Assembly (NCBI RefSeq): GCF_964204645.1
Contig: NC_134027.1
Location: forward strand, 11,874,485-11,938,484
DNA: 64,000 nucleotides
From: Tubulanus polymorphus
Taxonomy: Eukaryota; Animalia; Nemertea
Direction of reading: 5' to 3'
Position 1 is the stretch's first letter. Every line of letters starts with the position of its first letter. A program made the translations under genes and the position numbers. This document shows, in pieces, positions 53,600 through 64,000 of the stretch. The notes beneath the pieces were generated by a model that had not been told where the DNA came from, made no database searches, and saw nothing but the letters and a program-made list of their open reading frames with translations.

Positions 53600-53635
53600 G
53601 TGACTGCTCTCCCAAGACTGCGGGTCCCTTTTATA
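53600..53635 (-). promoter_or_regulatory. TATA box and initiator of the secreted peptide gene
   Basis: TATAAAAG at 53628-53635 with Inr-like CAGTC about 30 nt downstream (53602-53606), followed by a donor GAG|gtgata at 53544. Confidence 0.55.
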
Positions 53636-55035
53636 GAAAGAATTGGCATTCTTAAAATACCGACTCTCCCACTCGACTTTTGGCAAGGAGCAGCAACCTA
53701 ACTGTCATGACTGTTTTGGTCATGTGGAATTTAGCCTTAATGATTCGCTGATCTAAAATTATTTTCAAAACTGATTGGCTGAACTAACTTTTTCCTTCCA
53801 ACCCTCCTGCCATGACGCGGAATGATTTACTCACTCCTTGCTTATCATCGTTGAGAGAACAGCTATTCTTTGCGAATTACCAACAGACGAATACAACAAG
53901 AGAAACTTTAGAGTTTAACATTTAACACAAATTAATTTTCCTAAAACTTTAGCGATTATAGAGACTTTGTTCTTAATTAACATCCAGAATACTCAAATTA
54001 AATATATTTTCATATTAAATATATATAACTTTAGTATTCGTCTCAAATAACAGAACCACTGATTATTTCTTTTTTGAATTATTATAGATACTTTTGATTT
54101 GGAACTTCATTATGATCCATTATCTTTCTTAAAATCATTCTATAACTGTTATACTAAATAAATTCGATTACAATACGGGATAAAGCAAAACAACAATGTA
54201 TCCACATACTTCCGTTTATCTTTTTATAGAAAGTAGTCATCATGAAGTAACAGCGTGATCGTTCCACCAGCCACATAAATTATGCAACCCATTGTTCCGA
54301 CCAAATACGGTTCCGTCTATTCTTAAGTTTATAAAAAGATTTCTGAATGTTTGCCAGATATCGCAGCAAAAGAACCGAGAAAGAATTATTTTTACACCAG
54401 GCTGATTTATGGTCAGCGCTGATAGATCAAAGCACCAAACAACAACCTGCTTACTACATCTTACTACGTTTGTTGTCTGAAACAATTAATAACCACCAAC
54501 GCATACAGGAAATCAACATTACAAACATTTTCTAGCTACTACGAAATCTTGCTGCGGATCAGTATCAAGACTTAAACAGTACATAGTTTCGCGCAGCGTA
54601 GGCATTTTAAACAAAACGACAAAATTAGCGCTTTATTCGACAAAATGAACGGTGTATTACAACGCTTCAGAGCGTGTTGCATAGAAGCTTCCTGAGTATG
54701 ATGTCATCAATGTGGGCGCGTAACCGCGAACGTCCCGTTGCTAGGGCGGTTATTACGGACTATTCTCGCGATTGGATAATTATATTTGAAAAAAATTGAC
54801 ACGAAATTATTATGCGCGCGTGTTGTAAAAATGCTTTTTATAGAATTTTAATTTTTTTCCTAACCCCCCACATGGCCCCTTTAATCATCTCCTTTAGATT
54901 ACGAAATGAAGGTCACTAGAACCAGCGGAAATCAACACTAGAGAACATGGTATGTATGCCCGACTCTATATAGAAAATAGTGAAATAATTTGTGAAGAAA
55001 GTATCAACTTTATCAGAATCAAATCATTCACAGCC

Positions 55036-55149
55036 CTGGATCCAGTTCCACGGTTATGAGTTAGAGTTAACTCTGAGTTAAAATTAGTTCATTTTCAATG
55101 AGTTAACTCCGAGTCAAATCTTAACTCAGAACTGTGGAACTGGGTCCTG
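55036..55149. mobile_element. Copy of the same MITE inside the edge unit of the tandem array
   Basis: Absent from the equivalent site (ATAGCCCTG-CCTG) in the other array units. Confidence 0.75.
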
Positions 55150-58100
55150 ATTGATTAAGTGGTCTCCTATACACAAGACGACACCATCCAGACAAGGAAG
55201 ATCTCACGGATTGAGAGAAACTTTTCCAGCGAATTTTCATTTCATTTTTCATAGAAATGTGTCAAACACCTCGAGCATATCAAATGAAAAGCATTTGTCA
55301 TACTTGTTCAAATTTATGATTGGTAGATTAGGTTGTTTAAGTGGTTCATGGCCTTGAAGCCATATATAGTGACAATTCTAATAACCGTGAAAAACAAAAT
55401 GGCTAATATCATTAAGACGAACAATGATTGATATCAATGATTTTCTATAAGTTACCCTCTTGTTGAGAAGGGCTTCAAAAATCAGTCTATAGACTCATCG
55501 AATGATCCTCTCCACGGAAATCTTTAGTAAAAGGCGAAAGATTTAAACGCGGTTGAAGAGAAACCAGAGTTGCCCCAGATTGCTCGTCGGAAAACTATTG
55601 CCGATAAATACGGTGTATATGCGTTCGTGATATGTCAAATTTTAACGGCTTGTTTTCCACGCGAAATTGGTACCAAAATATTCTATAGGTTTATCTGATT
55701 TTAGCTTGGATTCTATGGTACCACTTTCAATTCACATTTTACAATAAGGATGGAATTATGGCAAATTAAACAACATGTTGATGTCACACAGTTGCTGTCG
55801 TGCTTTCCGTGAGTACTCGGTAAATTCCGAAAATCACCGACGTGCTCGACGATGCAAGACGAGCTTAAATTTGAACCTGGCGCCCCGAAACGATTTAGAG
55901 GATAAATGTTACAGCTATTGTGTCGACGTTTGTTTCAGAAAGCATTCTTCATCATTCTTAGATGCCATTCCCGATGTATATATGCGTTGAAACTATGGGG
56001 AAGGATGACTGATATAGACATCCCAGACGTTTGTTGATGGAGATAGGCAAGTATCCAGTACTGGACTATAAAAGCGTCGTGAACGGTAAGCTTGTTCGTG
56101 CAGTATCCCAGCTTAACCTGCCGCCTCGTGATAGTAGTGTGTGCTGCATATATGATAGCCAATCAGTGTGTTGCATATGCTACGTACATCCTGATTGACT
56201 CACTGGTAAAACCCAGTTCTATACGCAGTAGAACGCGCGTATATTTTGCTAGATATTGCATTCGCGGAGATAGCGTCATTTCTCAGAATAAAAGGCTCTC
56301 ATAATAAAACCAGCACTTTTACGTATCCGAGTTTATATGTGCCGTCATAACCACGTCAACCCCTTCTGTTCAATGCAAGGTATGTGTACTTGAGGTTGGA
56401 TGTTTTTCCTGTTAAATTAGTCTTCCGTCCATTATCTCAGGCCCATATCTTAAGTTTTGAGGTGGTCATTTGCCGGACACTAAACGCTTTCGTGGGAACA
56501 GTACATAGAAGTCGCGCAGCAAAGGCATCTTTAACAAGACAACAAAATAAGTGCTATGTGCGACAAAATGAACGTTGTATTACAACCCTTCCGAGTGTGC
56601 TGCAGAAAAGTGTTCTCAGAATGACGTCACCAATTTTGGCGCGCATTCGCGAACGTCTCGTTGCTAGGGCGGTTATCACGGACTTTTCTCGCGATTGGAT
56701 AATGATATTTGGAAAAATTTTTACGAAATTACTATGCGCGCGTGTTTTAAAAATGCTTTTTATAGAATTTTAATTTTTTCCCTTAACCAACTCATGGCCC
56801 CTTTAATCATCTCCTTTAGATGAAGGTCACTAGAACCAGTGAAATAAACACTAGAGAACATTGTATGTTTGCTAGACTCTTTATAGAAAATAATGAATTA
56901 ATTTGTGAAGAAAGTATCAACTTTATCAAAATTAAAATCGTTAATAGCCCTGCCTGAAAAAAGTGGTCTCCTATACACAAGACGACACCATCCAGACTGA
57001 GAAGGTCTCACGGAATGAGAGAAACTTTTCCAGCGAGTTTTCATTTTTCATAGAGGTGTGACAAACATATCGTATCTCGAGCATATAAAATTAAAAGCAT
57101 TTTTCACACTTGTTCAAATTTATGATTCGTAGATTTGGTTGTTCAAGGGGTTCTTGCCTAGCAGCCATATAAAGTGACAATTCTAATAACCGTGAAAAAC
57201 AAAATGGCTAATATCATTAAGACGAACAATGATTAATGTCAATGATTTTCTATAAGTTACCCTCCTGTAGAGGAGGGCTTCAAAAATCAGTCTATTGACT
57301 CATCGAATGTTCCTCTCCACGGAAATCTTTAGTAAAAGGCGAAAGATTTAAACGCGGTTGAAGAGAAACCAGAGTTGCCCCAGATTGCTCGTCGGAGGTA
57401 TTCATACCTCGAAACTATTGCCGATAAATACGGTGTATATGCGTTCGTGATATGTCAAATTTTAACGGATTGTTTTCCACGCGAAATTGGTACCAAAATA
57501 TTCTATAGGTTTATCTGATTTAAGCTTGGATTCTATGGTACCACTTTCAATTCACATTTTACAATAAGGATGGAATTATGGCAAATTAAACAACATGTTG
57601 ATGTCACACAGTTGCTGTCGTGCTTTCCGTGAGTACTCGGTAAATTCCGAAAATCACCGACGTGCTCGACGATGCAAGACGAGCTTAAATTTGAACCTGG
57701 CGCCCCGAAACGATTTAGAGGATAAATGTTACAGCTATTGTGTCGACGTTTGTTTCAGAAAGCATTCTTCATCATTCTTAGATGCCATTCCCGATGTATA
57801 TATGCGTTGAAACTATGGGGAAGGATGACTGATATAGACATCCCAGACGTTTGTTGATGGAGATAGGCAAGTATCCAGTACTGGACTATAAAAGCGTCGT
57901 GAACGGTAAGCTTGTTCGTGCAGTATCCCAGCTTAACCTGCCGCCTCGTGATAGTAGTGTGTGCTGCATATATGATAGCCAATCAGTGTGTTGCATATGC
58001 TACGTACATTCTGATTGACTCACTGGTAAAACCCAGTTCTATACGCAGTAGAACGCGCGTATATTTTGCTAGATATTGCATTCGCGGAGATAGCGTCATT

Positions 58101-60280
58101 TCCCAGAATAAAAGGCTCTCATAATAAAACCAGCACTTTTACGTATCCGAGTTTATATGTGCCATCATAACCACATCAACACCTTCTGTTCAATGCAAGG
58201 TAAGTTTACTTGAGGTTGGATGTTTTTCCTGTTAAATTAGTCTTCCGTCCATTATATCAGGCCCGTATCTTAAGTTTTGAGGTGGTCATTTGCCGGAAAC
58301 TAAACGCTTTCGTGGGAACAGTATATAGAAGTCGCGCAGCAAAGGCATCCTTAATAGGACAACAAAATAAGTGCTATATTCGATAAAATGAACGTTGTAT
58401 AACAACCCTTCAGAGCGTGCTGCAGAAAAGTGTGTTCTCAGAATGACGTCACCAGTTTTGGTGCGTAGTCGCGAACGTCTCGTTGCTAGGGCGGTTATCA
58501 CGGACTTTTCTCGCGATTGGATAATGGTGTTTGAAAAAATTGTTCACGAAATTACTATGCGCGCGTGTTTTAAAAATGCTTTTTATAGAATTTTAATTTT
58601 TTCCCTTAACCAACACATGGCCCCTTTAATCATCTCCTTTAGATGAAGGTCACTAGAACCTGTGAAATCAACACTAGAGAACATTGTATGTTTGCTAGAC
58701 TCTTTATAGAAAATAATGAATTAATTTGTGAAGAAAGTATCAACTTTATCAAAATTAAAATCGTTAATAGCCCTGCCTGAAAAAAGTTGTCTCCTATACA
58801 CAAGACGACACCATCCAGACTGAGAAGGTCTCACGGAATGAGAGAAACTTTTCCAGTGAGTTTTCATTTTTCATAGAGGTTTGACAAACATATCGTATCT
58901 CGAGCATATAAAATCAAAAGCATTTTTCACACTTGTTCAAATTTATGATTCGTAGATTTGGTTGTTCAAGTGGTTCTTGCCTAGCAGCCATATATAGTGA
59001 CAATTCTAATAACCGTGAAAAACAAAATGGCTAATATCATTAAGACGAACAATGATTAATGTCAATGATTTTCTATAAGTTTCCCTCCTGTAGAGGAGGG
59101 CTTCAAAAATCAGTCTATTGACTCATCGAATGTTCCTCTCCACGGAAATCTTTAGTAAAAGGCGAAAGATTTAAACGCGGTTAAAGAGAAACCAGAGTTG
59201 CCCCAGATTGCTCGTCGGAGGTATTCATACCTCGAAACTATTGCCGATAAATACGGTGTATATGCGTTCGTGATATGTCAAATTTTAACGGCTTGTTTTC
59301 CACGCGAAATTGGTACCAAAATATTCTATAGGTTTATCTGATTTAAGCTTGGATTCTATGGTACCACTTTCAATTCACATTTTACAATAAGGATGGAATT
59401 ATGGCAAATTAAACAACATGTTGATGTCACACAGTTGCTGTCGTGCTTTCCGTGAGTACTCGGTAAATTCCGAAAATCACCGACGTGCTCGACGATGCAA
59501 GACGAGCTTAAATTTGAACCTGGCGCCCCGAAACGATTTAGAGGATAAATGTTACAGCTATTGTGTCGACGTTTGTTTCAGAAAGCATTCTTCATCATTC
59601 TTAGATGCCATTCCCGATGTATATATGCGTTGAAACTATGGGGAAGGATGACTGATATAGACATCCCAGACGTTTGTTGATGGAGATAGGCAAGTATCCA
59701 GTACTGGACTATAAAAGCGTCGTGAACGGTAAGCTTGTTCGTGCAGTATCCCAGCTTAACCTGCCGCCTCGTGATAGTAGTGTGTGCTGCATATATGATA
59801 GCCAATCAGTGTGTTGCATATGCTACGTACATCCTGATTGACTCACTGGTAAAACCCAGTTCTATACGCAGTAGAACGCGCGTATATTTTGCTAGATATT
59901 GCATTCGCGGAGATAGCGTCATTTCCCAGAATAAAAGGCTCTCATAATAAAACCAGCACTTTTACGTATCCGAGTTTATATGTGCCGTCATAACCACGTC
60001 AACCCCTTCTGTTCAATGCAAGGTAGGTTTACTTGAGGTTGGATGTTTTTCCTGTTAAATTAGTCTTCCGTCCATTATCTCAGGCCCATATCTTAAGTTT
60101 TGAGGTGGTCATTTGCCGGACACTAAACGCTTTCGTGGGAACAGTTCATAGAAGTCGCGCAGCAAAGGCATCTTTAACAAGACAACAAAATAAGTGCTAT
60201 ATGCGACAAAATGAACGTTGTATTACAACCCTTCAGAGTGTGCTGCAGAAAAGTGTTCTCAGAATGACGTCACCAATTTT

Positions 60281-62048
60281 TTGATCTTAAAATAGGGATT
60301 GACCCTGTGATTTATTTGATTGGTAAATTTCGTTTGATTTTTTGATTTGGTGTCCCTTACAAACCCACCACACCTGCCGGGAAAGAAACAGGGGGTTTGA
60401 TTTTGAAATCGGAAATCGAAGTACAAATATAGTTGTGTGATCGGCGGTCGAGTTTACAGAATTTTTTGTTTAAATCGAAGTACATAATTTGAAATTTTCG
60501 GTTCCGGTTCATTCAAACAATCATCCAAGCAGTCTGAACCGGCAAGCGACTGATTGGGGTTAATTTAGTTGGCTGCCTAATTTAATACATCAAGATTTAG
60601 GAAATAACTATATTACAAGGTTGAAGATCATTTTGTCAATTTTTAACATTTTTTTGGTCGTTTTCCACGTGTAAATAGTCCGAATGTTTATTGTAGCCTT
60701 TCCTCGGGTAGATGTTGGTGTAAAAATCCTCTAAGTTGATTGTCCCGCGTGCTGACTAGATAAAACGGAAGCACATTTTGAAAAGCAAATTATCCAGATG
60801 AGAGTTTGGTCCTGGTATCCGAAGTGTAGTTGTATGACATCGACGGTGCACGCTCCGATGAGGATAGGTTTCTCCGTCAAGGGGTGCAGTTGGTACTTCA
60901 CATCTGGTGCTGAGTTTGCCTAAAAGTAAAAGTTGTACACGGGGAGCAGTTTTGTGTTTCTAATATACAGTGCATAGTTAGGTCCGTGGATGCGTCGCGA
61001 TCAAACAGACAGTGCTATGCGCATTGATAGACCGTCAGTAAGAAAGCGACACAGGCACGCGAGTTTGATTAATACAATGATACATATGTACAGTCTTGAT
61101 CGGGTTTTATTTACAGGCATGATAAAAAAATTGCATGCCACTCTGGCGGCTATCTGACAGTGCTAGCGTAATGGAAGACCGTCAGTGATCACCAAGGCGG
61201 CACGCCCAGTTAATCATTTGTCACAATTAGGTTTTTTTTTTGGTAGGTCTTAATGAGACCGGTGTCAGGAGGCAACCTTCCAATCACCACTGCACAAAAA
61301 TAGACTGAGCTTGCTATCCTGAAGCCAAAACGGAGGCAGCTTTCCAGTTATCGCGGCAGTGAGACTGAGTTTACAGTCCAAAACCAGAAACAATAAGGTA
61401 TCTATGCGTATGTGATGATATAGGACAAAAGTGGTCAGACAGTTCTATGCGCATTGATAGACCGTCATCCCTGTTCATTCTAAATCAGAACATACCTCAA
61501 GTGTCAAAGTCAGGATATGTAGGTGTACTAAACTAATAAAAGGCGTTAGGTTAAGTAATTAATAGACTACATCGATAGTGTCAATTGTGATTCTGTTTAC
61601 TGTATTTAGTCCGTTTACGTCTAGGTTTATAAATTTATTGTTAAGACTCCAAATATGAAGATTTCGTTGCAGTATTATTTCTTGGTTTATGCGATCTATA
61701 AGTGCGTTTTTGAAATAAATTATAGTGTTGATGCGACCAGAGCCCTGTTCTAGTTTGTAATGATTCTTGTACAAAATGAATTGTGCGAGAAATAAAAGAT
61801 AGTTCGCAAGTGTGCGTTTGAAAAAGTCTCTTTCTATTGTTTTGGTAATTCCTGTGTAGACGATGTCTCGAGTGATTCGTATAGGTGTGCCTATTATGCG
61901 TTCAAAGATTGGTTGTATGCGTGAATATAATTGTTGTGCTTCTGTGCATGAGTATACTACATGGTCATTTGTTGCCGCGCGTCCGCAAATTTTACAATTT
62001 GGATCAGTTTTTATTTTCCAAAGTACTAGTTTTGAAGCTGTTGCCAGA
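60281..62048 (-). mobile_element. 5'-truncated L1/Tx1-clade non-LTR retrotransposon
   Basis: Uninterrupted frame 62047-61559 reading LATASKLVLWKIKTDPNCKICGRAATNDHVVYSC...LANYLLFLAQFILYK..., the zf-RVT type C-x2-C-x7-H-x4-C knuckle of L1/Tx1 ORF2 C-termini. Followed by about 1.27 kb of putative 3' UTR and a short A run at 60277-60282. Confidence 0.82.
61559..62047 (-). pseudogene. C-terminal 162 codons of LINE ORF2 (zf-RVT region), no start codon
   Basis: In frame with track ORF 61559..61774 and extends 91 codons further upstream without a stop, to the truncation point. Confidence 0.8.
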
Positions 62049-64000
62049 GAAGAGAAACCAGAGAAAGATTTAAACGCGGTTGAAGAGAAACCAGAGTTGC
62101 CCCAGATTGCTCGTCGGAGGTATTCATACCTCGAAACTATTGCCGATAAATACGGTGTATATGCGTTCGTGATATGTCAAATTTTAACGGCTTGTTTTCC
62201 ACGCGAAATTGGTACCAAAATATTCTATAGGTTTATCTGATTTTAGCTTGGATTCTATGGTACCACTTTCAATTCACATTTTACAATAAGGATGGAATTA
62301 TGGCAAATTAAACAACATGTTGATGTCACACAGTTGCTGTCGTGCTTTCCGTGAGTACTCGGTAAATTCCGAAAATCACCGACGTGCTCGACGATGCAAG
62401 ACGAGCTTAAATTTGAACCTGGCGCCCCGAAACGATTTAGAGGATAAATGTTACAGCTATTGTGTCGACGTTTGTTTCAGAAAGCATTCTTCATCATTCT
62501 TAGATGCCATTCCCGATGTATATATGCGTTGAAACTATGGGGAAGGATGACTGATATAGACATCCCAGACGTTTGTTGATGGAGATAGGCAAGTATCCAG
62601 TACTGGACTATAAAAGCGTCGTGAACGGTAAGCTTGTTCGTGCAGTATCCCAGCTTAACCTGCCGCCTCGTGATAGTAGTGTGTGCTGCATATATGATAG
62701 CCAATCAGTGTGTTGCATATGCTACGTACATCCTGATTGACTCACTGGTAAAACCCAGTTCTATACGCAGTAGAACGCGCGTATATTTTGCTAGATATTG
62801 CATTCGCGGAGATAGCGTCATTTCCCAGAATAAAAGGCTCTCATAATAAAACCAGCACTTTTACGTATCCGAGTTTATATGTGCCGTCATAACCACGTCA
62901 ACCCCTTCTGTTCAATGCAAGGTATGTTTACTTGAGGTTGGATGTTTTTCCTGTTAAATTAGTCTTCCGTCCATTATCTCAGGCCCATATCTTAAGTTTT
63001 GCGGTGGTCATTTGCCGGACACTAAACGCTTTCGTGGGAACAGTACATAGAAGTCGCGCAGCAAAGGCATCTTTAACAAGACAACAAAATAAGTGCTATG
63101 TGCGACAAAATGAACGTTGTATTACAACCCTTCCGAGTGTGCTGCAGAAAAGTGTTCTCAGAATGACGTCACCAATTTTGGCGCGCATTCGCGAACGTCT
63201 CGTTGCTAGGGCGGTTATCACGGACTTTTCTCGCGATTGGATAATGATATTTGGAAAAATTTTTACGAAATTACTATGCGCGCGTGTTTTAAAAATGCTT
63301 TTTATAGAATTTTAATTTTTTCCCTTAACCAACACATGGCCCCTTTAATCATCTCCTTTAGATGAAGGTCACTAGAACCAGTGAAATAAACACTAGAGAA
63401 CATTGTATGTTTGCTAGACTCTTTATAGAAAATAATGAATTAATTTGTGAAGAAAGTATCAACTTTATCAAAATTAAAATCGTTAATAGCCCTGCCTGAA
63501 AAAAGTGGTCTCCTATACACAAGACGACACCATCCAGACTGAGAAGGTCTCACGGAATGAGAGAAACTTTTCCAGCGAGTTTTCATTTTTCATAGAGGTG
63601 TGACAAACATATCGTATCTCGAGCATATAAAATTAAAAGCATTTTTCACACTTGTTCAAATTTATGATTCGTAGATTTGGTTGTTCAAGGGGTTCTTGCC
63701 TAGCAGCCATATAAAGTGACAATTCTAATAACCGTGAAAAACAAAATGGCTAATATCATTAAGACGAACAATGATAAATGTCAATGATTTTCTATAAGTT
63801 ACCCTCCTGTAGAGGAGGGCTTCAAAAATCAGTCTATTGACTCATCGAATGTTCCTCTCCACGGAAATCTTTAGTAAAAGGCGAAAGATTTAAACGCGGT
63901 TGAAGAGAAACCAGAGTTGCCCCAGATTGCTCGTCGGAGGTATTCATACCTCGAAACTATTGCCGATAAATACGGTGTATATGCGTTCGTGATATGTCAA

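Larger units (their letters stand above)
54575..64000. repeat. Tandem array (macrosatellite) of 1.82 kb units, open at the window end
   Basis: Identical small ORF landmarks recur at 55775, 57595, 59418 and 62317 (periods 1820 and 1823, then offset by an insertion). Diverged partial unit at the left edge (about 54575-55370). Confidence 0.97.

Noticed and set aside
54347-54535. Plus-strand exon-like ORF (ADLWSALIDQSTKQQ...) before the array
   Set aside because: An acceptor is present, but no upstream exon or homology can be supported from the sequence alone.
60730-60918. Acceptor-like site followed by two open frames inside the LINE 3' UTR
   Set aside because: No start or upstream exon identified, and no recognisable domain.
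55775-63315. Recurring 70-129 aa ORFs in the tandem array
   Set aside because: They overlap on both strands, have no recognisable domain and are identical only because the DNA is repeated; the longest is broken in some units.

Overview
Eukaryotic (invertebrate animal) genomic DNA, AT-rich and dense in small transposon relics; I found no prokaryotic features. Three conserved genes lie on the minus strand: intronless FoxL1 (14198-15592), MCM10 (19 coding exons, 19889-32136, 860 aa by my splice model) and a procollagen lysyl hydroxylase PLOD (20 coding exons, 35438-48517, 723 aa). Upstream of PLOD is a TATA-driven, micro-exon gene for a small secreted peptide (about 52190-53635) whose last exon is interrupted by a 1.45 kb TIR element. 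From about 54575 to the window end runs a tandem array of 1.82 kb units rich in promoter-like motifs. It is interrupted by a young 5'-truncated L1/Tx1-type LINE (60281-62048) whose 3' UTR carries three repeated RNA hairpins. Best leads: exact GLI sites around FoxL1, the LINE-in-macrosatellite system, the orphan secreted peptide, a PLOD with an altered glycosyltransferase site, and MITE families with unusual 5-bp and 6-bp target-site duplications. All exon models were read by eye and need RNA-seq confirmation.
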